A model generated the notes under the pieces. The model had not been told where the DNA came from and ran no database searches. It worked only from the letters and a program-made list of their open reading frames with translations. From the human T2T-CHM13v2.0 reference genome, Homo sapiens, in NCBI RefSeq assembly GCF_009914755.1, contig NC_060936.1: a stretch of 64,000 bases of DNA; one strand, 5' to 3'. Below, one piece after another: positions 11,718 to 24,893 of the stretch; within the stretch, counting starts at the first letter, position 1, and each line of letters begins with the position of its first letter. A program made the position numbers and the translations under genes.

Positions 11718-14403
11718 CCAGCTGAGTCATACCTAGCAATACTCTAAGTATTAACAAAGTTAGGTTTCATCTTATGGTGGCTGGAGCAGGTTGTTAATGT
11801 CTTTCCCTGCATAGTTTTCTTTTTGTCATTATTGATGGTTCACTATCTATCCTCCAGGTTGCTGTCAAAAATGAGAACTCAGAAGTTTTTGATACTTTGA
11901 TGGTAAAGTGATTTACAATTCCAGTAAAAAAAAAAAAATTGGTACAGCTTTATAGTATCTGTAGAAGTGGAAGCCTTTTTTAATTGGATCAAATATATAG
12001 TTTTTTATTTTCTGTAGAAACAAAAGACTATCGCTTAAAATGGTCACTGGTCTCTTACTGTCAGTTCAGTGTGTGATAAAATAACTTTTTCAATTTCTGG
12101 CAATCATGGAGAGTGATAAAATTATATATTGTTTGGACATCAGCTGGCATAAAAAGTGGAATGGGCTATTGTCACTGGCACATTGATTGGTGTTATAAGC
12201 AAAATTGATTGTAGGAAGTAAGCATTTAAGACTCACATACTACTCAAGAGAAAAGAGGAACAGAAGAAAAATACATCCATGTAGTTCATATTTTGCTAAA
12301 CGTTTATTCGTATCTCTTTGGACTACGTCTCTTGTTAAAAACGCAAATTTTTAAATTAATTAAATTAATAATTTAAATTATATACATATAAACATACACG
12401 TCCAAACCTACTGGGTAGGTTTTAAAGGTCAAGGGTATTTTTAAAGATGAGTCTTATAATATATTCAAGAAAAAGATCATTTCGATTACATGCAAATTCT
12501 CTCTGAGGATGGTAAATTGAGTGAGTCCAACACACTTCATGAAGTTTGCATAGCATTGAGGCCAAAACCAGAAAATAACTGTATGAGAAAGAAAATATAC
12601 AGACCAATCTGATATATAATCATAGAAGAAATATTCTCAGTAAAACAGAAGAAAATCTTATTTATCAATTCATTATTAACAAGTAATGCAAAATAATTTA
12701 ACTTCTGAATGTCTCTTCATCTGCTTTACTTTAGTCATAAGAGAAAAAAGATAATAATCTCAATAAATAAATACAAATATTAAGCATGATTAAACATGCA
12801 TTCTTAGTAAAAAAAAAAAACTAAATAAATAATAGCAAACTTCAGAAAACTAGTAATAGAAAACTACCTTTTAAGTGGACAAAGATTTCTATATAAGCCC
12901 CTAGCAAATATCATATCCAATGGTGAAATATGGAAATGATTCCTTTTATTTAGTCTTCTTTCAGTCCTCTATCACTATTCATTTCAGCTATTTTCTATTT
13001 TTTTGTATTCTAGATAATGCTGTGAGAAACATCCTTTCTACTACAGTATATTGTCTATTCCACACTATTTTCTTATAATAAAGTCCTGAACATAAAATTG
13101 TTCAAAATGTATATAACTTCTAAGACTCTTGGTATATATTTCCCAGTTGCTCTTGATTTTCCTTGGACAATGCCTCAATTTAAAACATTTCACCATCTGG
13201 TTCCATTACCCTTTGGCAGCCTTATCTTTCCTCAAAATTATTTTCTAATGTTGTGAGTTTACTTATGGCCCCCAGAACCTGATGTTTGCTTTCATATATC
13301 CTTTTCCTATATGATAAAGTCACCGTCCTCTTTCAAAGTCCAGTTCACTGTTACTTCTCGCTGTTTTAGGGGAAGGTCCTGATTCCCATGGCAATATTAA
13401 TCGACCCTTCCACTGTGTTCCCTTTGCGGTTGCCTCAGGTTATTTGTACAGTTATCACATTGTACTAGTTAGCTGTTTTTCTGCCTGGCTAAGTTGCCAG
13501 TTTCTTGTAAGCATTAACCATGTCCTCTTCACCTTAAACCCCCAGCAAAGACTAGTGTAAGAAACATATAATCCAATCTTAATAAATGTTTTTGAATGAG
13601 TAAAAGGAGCATATACTCTCTTTCCCCAAATTAGACCTAAATTCTCTGACCCAGTTTTTATCACCACTTAGGGCAGCAGACCATTCAGATAAGTGCTAAC
13701 AGTAGTAAATCTCAGCTCCAAAATTATTTGAGACAATATTCAAAAAGTTGAATGAATTTATAGAAAAAAGTTATGAGGAATTTTAAAATATGAATTTAAT
13801 TCACATCTTATTAGGGGCTGAATGAATGCTTCCATTACAAGTTTAGTCACGTTTGCTATTGGAACAATGCCCAAAATCAACTAAGAACATCTGTCTTGAA
13901 GAGATAACAACAGATTTCAAAATTATCAAGAATAGCACGAGAATTAAAAAGCACTTTTGAGATCAAACTACCTTAGAACATCAAACATAGCACATGTTTG
14001 TCTCTTTTTTTTTAAAAAAAAGAGGTATATGTAAGCACATATTGAGTCTTCAACAGGCTCAATTGCTCAAAAGTCAATGTGAATAGCTTTATAAACTGCA
14101 ACTAAGTGTTTGTTTCAGGTAAGGAAAGCTTTTTACATTAACTTCAGAAGTAAATTACTTCTGTTGCTTTCTATGAAATGTCCATTTTGATTCTCCTCTC
14201 CACAACCCAATCGCAGACTTCTGTGAAAACTGGTACCCGTTGCTTCTGATCGCATCTTCTATGAACACTTAAATATCCTATGTGCCACCTTCACTTGGAA
14301 CTCTATTCCCTATCCAATCTTTGTTAATGTGATAATGAAATTGTTAATCTCTCACATGATACACATCTTCTATCTGCCTAGAAATATTATAGAGGTCATT
14401 TGG

Positions 14404-14452
14404 TTGGTTGGTGCAAAAGTAATTGCAGGTTTTGCCATTACTTTCAACCTAA
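14404..14452. mobile_element. MADE1 (Hsmar1 MITE), internally deleted
   Basis: GGTTGGTGCAAAAGTAATTGCAGGTTTTGCCATTACTTTCAA followed directly by CCTAATA. Confidence 0.8.
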
Positions 14453-15962
14453 TATAAACAAAAAAGTCTTTATTTATAGAAATTTGATAGTAAAGCAGGC
14501 ATGTTGAGCAATCATGTTGTGTCAGGTAAGACTTTGGACATGCCTAAAGATGTGATCACATATTCACATTTTATAAAGAAGTCAGGCAAGGAATATATAT
14601 GAGCAATGCAGACTTTGTGTTGCAGATTTGAGTGTGAATACCACATCTAGGGCACCCTGCAGCTGCTCCATTCCAAAAGATGTTGCCATGCAGGATAGCA
14701 AGCATGAAGCCTGGAATCCCAACTTTTAAAGTTTTGTATAAAATCAAACATTTTAAAGTTGTTGTTTAATAATTCAATATTTTTGCGATCTTGTGTGAAC
14801 CAAAGAAAAGGTACCTCTAGGATGGATGTGACAAGTGAGCATCAGTTTGCAGCTTCTAGGACATAAATTGTGTCAAGCATATTCTGCTTCTGGGAGAACA
14901 TATTCTAACTCCTAATCAGATGTACCCTTTCGGTTCAGAAATTTCCAGGTGAAGTGCTGAAGTTAGGAATCTGATCCAGTACCATGTCAGATTATTTGTA
15001 GCCATTTAGGGGTAAGAAGTTTGAGTTTGATATAAGAATTTAAAGGATACTGGAAAGGCTCAAAGTTTGTTTTAAACGTATGAAAAAGAGGTTGTGCTAT
15101 AGAAATTTTAAAACAGTTGAAGAGAAACATTAAAAAAATCAGAGAGGTGTATTTGACAATAATCTGAATTATCAGTTCTCCCAGCTCCTGCATAAATAGT
15201 TATAGGTTATCTTCACCTTTCTCAAATTATATGTCTAAACTTTAACTGGAAATGAAAAATGTTTAATAAATGTTATGTAATATTCTTAAGAGTTTACACC
15301 ACTTTAATCATCACTGACATTATCTCTTGTCAGTAATAAGTACAGTTATAATCCTTACAAAATAACTTTTATCTTTCAATATTTTAAACACTATTTATCT
15401 ATATAAAATGAATAAAATCTAATTACAGAAAATACGTACATAAATTAATAAAGAAAAATTTAAGGTAACCAGATTAACCCCTAAACTCCCAGGTTAATCT
15501 ATAGAGATATACACACATGTATCAATATTGTTTTAGGTTAGTAAATAAAAATATAAAACATTTTTTGAAATGGCAGAGTATCCAGATGTACCATCATTTT
15601 AAAACAGAGTTTCTAACTTATATACATTTACATTCTAACTTTTACTGTTATGAATAGTGCTTCAATATGTATAAACTTGTATATACTTTAGCATAAAATA
15701 TGGTAAACTGAATTTCATGGGCATATGTATGGGCATTTTGAAAATTTTTGATACACAGCGAATTTCCTTATGGAAATTCCTACCAATTTAAGTGCTCTGA
15801 CAACAGAAGTACTTATTTCCCCATGTTTGACATTACTCTTAATCATTGGCTTTTTAATATGTAAAAACCAAGATCTTAATGTTGTTTCAGTGGGCACATC
15901 TTTGATTTTGTAACACTAAAACTTTTCCTGATATTTATTGGTCATTGTCTCTGACCTTTTAT

Positions 15963-16265
15963 TTTTAGTTTTTGTTTGTTTGAGACAGGATCTTGCTCTG
16001 TTGGCCAGGCTGGAGTGCAGTGGCACAAGCATAGCTCACCGCAATCTTGAACTTCTGGGCTCAAGCCTCAGCCTCCTGGAGTATCTGGGACTACAGGCAA
16101 GTGCCATCATGTCCAGCTCATTTTTAAATTTTTTATAGAGATGGGGGTCTTGCTATATTGCCCAGGCTGGTCTCAGATTCCTGAGCTCAATCAAGACTCC
16201 CACCTCAGGTTCCCAAAGTAATCCTCGAAAACTGGGATTACAGGCATGAGCCACCACACCGGGCC
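15963..16265 (-). mobile_element. Alu (AluJ-like) within an old L1M relic
   Basis: TSD CTCTGACCTTTTAT at 15949-15962 and 16265-16278. Confidence 0.9.
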
Positions 16266-17043
16266 TCTGACCTTTTATAAATCTCTTATTCTTGAGTCTC
16301 CATGGGCTGTCTTTTTACTGATAGAAGCTCTTTATGTATATTTAGTTTATCCATATAATACATGTCATATATGTTGCAAATACTTTCCCAAAGTTGTAAT
16401 TTGTCTTTTATTATTTATGTGTGTTGTTTCACCATACATGATTTATATATATGCATGTAATCAAATTTATCAGTTCTCATTTAAATACAGTCTTTGCAGG
16501 ATAATTAGAATTTCCCATCCCCCAAATATCTGGCTGTATATTCACTTTTATGTCTTTCATTGTATTTGCAGTTAAATCTTTATTCTCTCTATAATTAATT
16601 TTCTTGGAAATATTGAGGTGTGGGTATAACTATACTTTTGAAACCTGTTAAATAGTTATCAGGGTTTCATTTACTTTTTTCAAATAGTTTTATTTCATTT
16701 TAAATGTAACAATCTAATCAAAAGAGGATTTAAATAATTTAAAACATATAAAAACATATAACCAGTTTTCACATCAATATTATAAATGAATTTATCCATC
16801 TTCTACTCTTTTAAAATACTTTATCATAGAAAATATTCTTACCTAGTGATCAAACCATATCCAGGTTGTGCAACTATGGGTCACTTCCTTGACAGGATTG
16901 TTTTCAGGATTTTGGTTTAAGGCATGTTAACTGCTTAGGACAGTGTCTGGCTTATTGCAAGTGCTCAATATGTGTCAGCTGTGATGATGAAAGGGATATG
17001 TCTATTTCTGCACTATATATTTAATTAAGCTCTCTATTCGTGT

Positions 17044-17138
17044 ATATTTTAATAACTAATAAAGTGAATGATTGCTATAGCTATCAACCCACATTTTCTT
17101 GCTTATTGTTGCCCCTTTGTTTGTCCAGAAGAAATTAA
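17044..17138 (+). repeat. 95-bp direct repeat, copy 1 (copy 2 at 18793-18887)
   Basis: Ungapped alignment with 8 mismatches by eye. Confidence 0.92.
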
Positions 17139-17514
17139 AGATAATTAAGTTACATGGTTAATGGTTTTTTTCAGGTTTTTCATATTTTCAGCTAGGAACA
17201 TTGTGGCAACTTGTGTTTTTCTACAATATTATTCATTACTCAAATTATTTACAATTTATGAGAATACTGTTGGAAATAGTAATCTCTTATAATGTTAAAA
17301 TATCTTATGTGATTATATTTCTTTCTGATTCTAAATTCTGTGCCTCTGTTTTCTCTCTTTAATATATATACATATTTCTTTATTATATAATTTTTATTTA
17401 ATATTCAGGTATATTGAAAGTTTAGATTTTTATCGCTTATTTTATGAATTATAAATAAAATTATTTATTGTATAATCTATTTTAATATTATTCCCTGTGC
17501 TAATTATCTATTGT

Positions 17515-18050
17515 AGGCAATTTAGATAGTGAAAAGGTAATGGTAGGTAAAATTATTGGTGCTTTAGTATGAATGAAGACATTGCTACCAAACTGTACTA
17601 TTAATCTTTGCATTCTTTACTGGAATGTACTTGCAAAAAAAAGTCAGTTCCACTTAAGAATGTCTTAAATGAAGAAGTAAAAATTATTAATTTTATTAAA
17701 TATTGATTAGTGAACGTGCATCTTCCTAATATTCTGTGTGAAGTATGCATACATGCATAAAATATTTTTGCTGCATACCGAAAGTACTATGGTTGTCTCA
17801 AGGAAAATAAAACTTGTACAGTTATTTGAATTGAGAGCTGAACTAGCGGTTTTATTATCAAAACAACATTTTCACTTGATGAAACAACTGGCAGATAAAC
17901 TATGGTTATTCAGACTTAGGTACTTGGCAGACAATTACTTGAAAATGAATGGAGTAAGCCTGTCACTTCAAGAAAACAACTGACAGCATTTGTTGCCAAA
18001 GATAAAATTTGATCCTTCAGGTAAAATTTAAGCCTTTGGAAAATAGCTAT
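17515..18050 (+). mobile_element. Charlie1-like hAT transposase relic
   Basis: ORF 17738-17983 has LLHTE..SRK..LFELRAEL and LRYLAD..KMN.VSLSLQ, degenerate motifs of Charlie/Buster transposases. Confidence 0.8.
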
Positions 18051-18792
18051 TTTAGATGCTATGGGCAAGGAGGTATCATGGGAAGAGATAACATTTGAGC
18101 AGATATCTCAACAAAGTGAAAAATAAAGTTATATGATGCTCTGGAAGGAAAGCTTTTTATGCATAAAAGCATTAAAATAAGTGTCTTCATAATATCTACA
18201 ATCAGTTGTAAACAATATAAATTACAAACATCTCTTGAAGATTAGCAGTACAACTGTGAACAATTGTAGTATCGCAGTGAACCATAATACTAACTGAAAA
18301 ATGTTTATAATATGAAGAAAACGAACTTTCCTCTTTGCATTTATTATCGCCACATCTAATGCTGTATTGATGGGTTTCAGCGTAGCTGTTAAGTTAGGTG
18401 GTCGGTATGCCTGCACTATGCCTGCTATCACTTGATTACTAGGTGTTTAGTTCTATTCTGATATTGCTGTACTCAGATATGTCACTGGGTGATTGACAAG
18501 CTATTTCCAGATCTCAAATTTCTTATACTTGCTAACAATTAAACCATGTATACATCATCTTGAACTATGGGATCAAATACTGTATTGACTTGCACAATTT
18601 CTGTTTCATGTCCCTTGATAGTTTCAGTGTAAACATATAAGAAAAAGTCTACGCAGTAACAAATTACAAAATTCCTATTAAATGCCAAGCATTCAACTAG
18701 GCATGTTACATTTCACATTCTATTCATTTACCTTAACAAATCTATGACATAATATTAACTCCATTTTGTAAATGAAAACTCAGATACACAGA

Positions 18793-18887
18793 ATATTTTA
18801 ATAACTAATAAAGTGAACCATTGATATTGCTGTCAACCCACATTTTCTTGCTTATTGTTATGCCTTTGTTTGTCCAGAAGAAATTAA
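18793..18887 (+). repeat. 95-bp direct repeat, copy 2, interrupting a MIR
   Basis: Flanks CCATTTTGTAAATGAAAACTCAGATACACAGA | ACTTGTACTAGACC read as a contiguous MIR core. Confidence 0.88.
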
Positions 18888-19451
18888 CTTGTACTAGACC
18901 GTTTAGATTGTGACAGATAGAAAAATAATATGAATCTAGATAAGATTGATACTAAATTTTACCATCTTTCTAGCTTTCCTTTTTCATAAAATCAAAAGCT
19001 TTTTTAACACAATGTTTATGCACTTTCCCTCTTTAAAAATTTGGAACATCTTTTCTACTGTCCTGGGGTTAAAATTAACATCTAAACATGTTTTACATGT
19101 TCCTTCAGATCCTAACCCTTCATTTGCCCCGATATGTTAATACTCTCCTTTCATGTGCCATGTTTCCAAATATGAAACATGTTGCTCTTCCTCTAATGTA
19201 CCATGTTTCTCTCACATCTTGGCCTTTATTATAGATTGAATCACAGGTCGAGTTATAAAAACAAGGAAGTCCTAATGGAGTGTTTTAAAGGTAATATTTC
19301 TGTCAAGTTTTTGTTTTGGAGCTCATATAGTCGTTATTAATAGGAAAAGAGAGTCAGGTAGCCTTTGTAAGTTCAACTTGTGCTTTAATCTCCTCACAAG
19401 AGAGAAGCCATCTATTTGTTCATGATTAATAATTCTATATTTTTCTAAGGC

Positions 19452-19653
19452 CAGTGCTGTTCAATTGAACATTCTACGATGATGCAAATGTCCTATATTT
19501 GCATTGTGCAGTAGAGTAACTACATGCGGCTGTTGAGCACTTGAAGTGTAGCTAGTGTAACTAAGAAACTGAATTTTTAATTGTATATTATCTTAACCAA
19601 TTTAAATTTAAAGAGCCGTAAGTGACTAGAGGCTCTCATGTTGTACAGCTATG
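19452..19653 (+). mobile_element. MER3 (hAT-Charlie MITE)
   Basis: CAGTGCTGTTCAATTGAACATTCTACGATGATG...GAGCACTTGAAGTGTAGCTAGTG...TTTAAATTTAAA. Confidence 0.8.
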
Positions 19654-21061
19654 GTCTAGGGAAGTATAACATAGAAAAACTAACAAAGGAGAAGGATCAC
19701 TTACGAGTGAGAGAGAGCAGCACAAGGAATTTTAAAAATACAGATAATTTCTTTCCTAGTCACCGAAAGCCCATGCTCTTTTTTTATGTGACCTCTTGAA
19801 TTCCCTGATAAAAATAGTAAACAAGTGATATTTAACTTAGAACAGCTTTTGTTAGCAAAATGAATCACTATTTCAAATAAATAATAATATAGACAGCAGA
19901 CAATTTTCCTTCTCAAAATGTATTTAAGCTATGCATATTGGGATGATACATAATTTAGGAGATAGATGGTTAAATATAATTCCTGTGCTTTATAAAATCA
20001 TGAACTTTCAACATTTTAAATTTTCTATTGGTATGCCTTCTTCAGTGTTTCCCTTCTTATTCTCATATCTTTGCCATTGTAAGCGTATATCAGATGTTAT
20101 GTTACATCATAACAAAAAAATGTGTATGTAAAACAAATTAACTGCATGAAAATATATTTTAAAAAGGAAACATAAATGATCTTCAACAATGAATATTTAC
20201 ACAGTAATGATAATCTAAACACTGATTAATAACTCAAAATTATGATTTCCATATTGCATAGAAAAAAGGGAATGTCCTTGTCTGGCATCAAAGGAGGTCA
20301 ATACGTGTTATGAAAAGTTATAAATTAAATAATGGCATTAGCATATTACATGAATATATGCGGGTAACTATCATAACAGATAGCTAAAAGAGTAAGAAGT
20401 GATTGACAATGGGGATTAGCAGTAGAGAGTGGGATTTTTAATATTATATATTTTTTAACTGTATGTCCATATTACCTTGATAAACATTTTTATGTAAAAG
20501 CAAAAATGTGGAAAGAATCACTGGCGAGAAAAATGCCACAGTCTATGAATCCAGTAAATATCTATGGAATGAAATGTTATACTATGCCTGACCTAGCAAT
20601 CATTCTAACACTTAATTTTATTACTATGGCTGGATATATACGAAGAGTACTGTCTAGGCAGAAATGGAATTAAATGAGTAATTTCATTTATAATCTCAGG
20701 CTTCAGACTCTTTGAGCTGAAAGGCGCCATAGAGATCATCTATTCATTTTTCTTTGCACTTTCCAGTCAATCTACCATTCCCTTTATAGCACAAAGAGGC
20801 AGAGGCATGAAGACATACAGTACAGCAGAAGGGATGTACCCAATTGCTCACTGACTTGCCTATCATTTGGCAGGTGGGAATAGCCAAAGTAGGGAATCCT
20901 AATTCTGTGAGGAGAAAATCAAATGATCTCACTAATAAAGTGTTTTTGAGTTAATAAAAATGTCAGATTTTCTTAATGACTACATTGTTAAGCTATTTTA
21001 AATACCAACACATTTAAATTAACTTTAAAACCTTCCATAGATTTTCATTGAACTTAGATTT

Positions 21062-21342
21062 GTTTTGTTTTGTTTTTTATGTTTTTCTTTTTTTCTTATT
21101 TTATTTTATTTTAAAGACCCAAGGTAAATGTGCAGGATGTGCAGGTTTGTTATGGAGGTAAATGTGTGTCATGATGATTTGTTGCACCTATCAACCCATC
21201 AAGACAGTAGATAGCCAGAGTGCAAGGGAGTTCAGATATTCAATAGCCCAGGATGCATTAGCTATTTTTCTTGATGCTTTCCCTTCCCTGCCCCATCAAC
21301 AGGTCCCAGTGTGTGGTATTCCCCTCCCTGTGTCTGTGTTCA
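21062..21342 (-). mobile_element. 5'-truncated L1PA (older subfamily) 3' UTR carrying a 42-bp foreign insert
   Basis: TSD CATTGAACTTAGATTT at 21046-21061 and 21343-21358; GTGCAGGATGTGCAGGTTTGTTA motif. Confidence 0.9.
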
Positions 21343-23245
21343 CATTGAACTTAGATTTTAAAAACCTCGTGGTTAATCCTTTTAAAATGCAGCTAGATTA
21401 GACAAATTAAAATGAACACCCACAACATTTAGTAGAGCAATCTTTATTTTACTCTAGAGTGGGAAATGTTGTTCATATTTGAACTCCCTGAAGCATAATG
21501 AGGCAGTTCCTTATCCTAAGTGATCTGTGAATAAATTGTACTTCTGGTCATTTTTATCATTGGAGTGGGGAACTGTAATAGCTTTTCGTTCCCAGAAGTG
21601 TTTTTTTGTGGTGTGATATTATGGGTATTCATTTGGACTTCTTTGTAGTTGTAGTCAGATACATTAATTTCACAATAACATTGGAGGTATTCTTAGCAAA
21701 CCTTTTTTGTAAGGTTTTCAAGTTACCTCTTTTTCCTATCCACATGGAAATCCTACTTCCTATCCTGCATAACTCCGCGGGAGCACTAAGCAGGCCCTGG
21801 AATTGTGCAGTGTGGATATGGGTCTGCAGATCTTTGGAGGGGAGATATTGTCACTGAACCAAAAGGCTTGGAAGAGATAAAAACTGAAAACAGCTGGTTG
21901 GACACGATATGCCAGGAGTGAAGAGATGTCTGACAAACAGCTTAAATATAAATCTGGAAGATAAATGTCATAGATAGTTGACACAGAAAAATTTGAATTA
22001 AATGAATTCATGGAATATGTAAGCTTTTTCACCTTTCACAGTTATGGTGGGTATAAATGAGAGAAAAGTAGATTCCATTTGAATTTATTTTATATGACCC
22101 AAGGGATATTTGGCCTTTAACAACATCAGCTTGACTTGGTATTATGTATTTTGTACTGTTGATAAAGCAAATTACTATAGTATTGAACTAAAATTATTAA
22201 TTATGCAGTTTAAAAAGTACAATTATTGTTTGAAATAAATTACATAATGTGCCCATAAAAATAAAAATTATTACTTTTCTTTTTGTGTTTATATCTGACC
22301 AAAGCCTATTTCCTCATTTGAATTTTATATTCCTGGCAACAGAGAGCTCACAGGACTCCCTATAGACATTGGCGTAATTATTTTCCCAGTAATTCTGCTC
22401 CAGCTCATTAAGAATCTTCTGGAATGCCACGTGGTCATTGTAGAGACTATATCTTGCTTAGGTGTGAGCCTAAGAAGAATCCCAAACAGAAGACTGAAAT
22501 GCTGGCCTATTTATCAGCAGATAATTTTTTAAAATCATTAATAGCATCATGCATATTTACCCTCCTAAAAATTATATGCACTAGCATAAAGTAAAGCAAC
22601 ACAGAATTTAAAGCCCACTTTTAAATTAGTTGTTGAACACCCCACAGCTTTAGATTTGGCTATATGGATTTTGTGACTATTGCCTGAATTTAGTAAAAAT
22701 AAGCCCATTTATAGCAGTCTGAAACTCAGAGAGCTGACAGGTAATCACTGGCTATTTTTAGAATTCTTGTTCTATAATTTATCTTCTGGCTTGCATCATG
22801 AATTGAGCTATCTTTGAACTACACTATTGTACACAGAGAAGTCACTCAGTTAACATAAAACAAAGTGAATGTATTTCTACTACCATAGTAGGTTTTTGAA
22901 GATGTACTTGAATTTTTACAAAATGATAATAAATTAATCATAAAGAGCCACATCTTAAAAAATTATTACTATATTATTTCCTAGTTATTGAAGAAAAAGC
23001 TGAAGCTGGAAAGGCTAGATATATGTAACAAAATGATTGATTATGTGCTATTAGTATTTGTGAAAATGTTATACTGTATACAAAATGCCATATGCAATTG
23101 TATTAGGATGTCAATGTTGATAATAAATCTTGGCCAAATAATAAGTACCATTTATTGAGCATTCACAATATGTCAGATATATACTGTTTTAAACATCTGA
23201 TTTTCCTATAAGACACTTTTTAAAAAATTACTGTTGAATGCCTAC

Positions 23246-23715
23246 TGTATCAGTCAAGGTTCCACTGGGAAATAGATGGCATATTCAAGTGAGTAACTGA
23301 GGAGATTTTGGTGAAGGACAAATTACAAAGGTGTAGGAAGGACTGAGGGAATCAAAGGAAGAGGGTGAAAGCCTAGGAATCAAAACAGAAGACTTATCCC
23401 TAAAGAGCAAGAACAGGAAGCAAGGAAGCAGTTACCAGAACCTGGGGATCCTAAAATGTTTGAAATGGTGTTATGGGACAGCTGTGGCTTTAAATAGACA
23501 AACACAGCTGCTAAGGAGGTGCTGCGAGAGCAACAAATACCTAACTTACGTTTCCTTTTCCCTTGATGCTCTGACAGTGCCTTTCATTAGCAAATATTGG
23601 ACAGTAGATAGCCAGAGTGCAAGGGAGTTCAGATATTCAATCCAGCCTTCCATAACAAGCACAGAACAGACAGGTATAGAACAGATCTAGTATGGTAAAT
23701 GGAGAATATCTAGCA
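23246..23715 (-). mobile_element. ERVL LTR (LTR33-like)
   Basis: TGTATCAGTCAAGGTTCCACTGGGAAATAGATGGCATATTCAA...AAATGGAGAATATCTAGCA; interrupts an L2 3' end. Confidence 0.65.
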
Positions 23716-23719
23716 GTAT

Positions 23720-24579
23720 TGTAATCATCCAGCAGGTTATTCTTACTGGCTGTACAGATAAAACCAATTCATTAAGACAGTGCTACTGCAGTAGGGAAAG
23801 AGTTTAAATAATGCATGGCTAGACAAGTGAAAAGGCAGAGCTTATTACTCAAATCAGCCCCCTTGAAAATTCAGAGGCTAGAGTTTTTCAAGGATAGTTT
23901 GTTGAGCCTGGGGGCTAGGGAATGGAGAATGCTGGTTGGTTGAGTCAAGGATGAAATCACAGGAGATTGGAGCTCTTTTCTTACACTCAGTCAGTCTCTA
24001 GGTAGGGGTTTACTGGTCCACGTACTGCCAGTTGGTCTGTACAGAATGCAAAGTCTGAAAAATATCTCCAGGCTAGTCTTAGGTTTTACATACCAATGTT
24101 ACTTATAAGGGAAGCTGGGGACTTTATAAATCTTGCAGCTATCAGCTATGTGACTTTTGAGAGGTACCTAGTAAAAAGAAGGCAAGTTATAAAACAGTGA
24201 CTGGTTAAACAGTGACTGGTTAAAATATGCCTACATTCTAGCAGAAGAGACAATGGCTGGTAGGAATTTATGTCTCCATCTTAGCAGAAAAGACAATAGC
24301 TGGTTAGACCTTAAGTATGTCTATATTTTAGCAGAATTTAGACCCTATCACAATTCTAGCCTGGTGGCTTTTCTTAATTTTATGAAGGTGGTTTCAGTCT
24401 CCAAGTGAGGAGCAGATTAGTTGTGGGAAGAGGTTGTTATCATTTCTGTTTTAAAGTATAGACTAAATCCTGCTTAGTTAACTTGGAATAAGCAAAGACA
24501 GCTTATGAGATAAGAAATAAGATGGATCCAGTTATGTCAGATTTCTCCTACTATCAGAATCTTTGCAAAGGTGGTTTCA
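23720..24579 (-). mobile_element. ERV1 solo LTR (LTR8-family-like)
   Basis: Reverse complement starts TGAAACCACCTTTGCAAAG; TG..CA termini; 4-bp TSD GTAT/CTAT. Confidence 0.75.
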
Positions 24580-24893
24580 CTATGTTCCTGGTAATTTTTT
24601 AGGTTCTGCAGTGTTAGAAAGGAACAGAGGGAAAAATTCCTGCAGCAGGATATTTATATTCTAATAGATTTGTGAAGAAAATAAGCAAAATAAGTAAAAT
24701 ATATAATATGCAACAAGATGATAAGTTTTATGGAGAAAAACTAAAAAACTAAAATAATAAAGGCTAGAATAGGGAGTGCAGAAGTTGGGGGTAGGTGACT
24801 AGTTTTTAAATAGAATAATCAGGAAAGGTCTCACTAAGGAAGTGATATTTGAACAAAGAACTGAAGGAGGGGGTTATATAATCATCCAGGGAG

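Noticed and set aside
24191-24345. 15-bp tandem duplication and TAGCAGAA..ACAAT repeats
   Set aside because: Internal repeats of the LTR8-like element or simple slippage.
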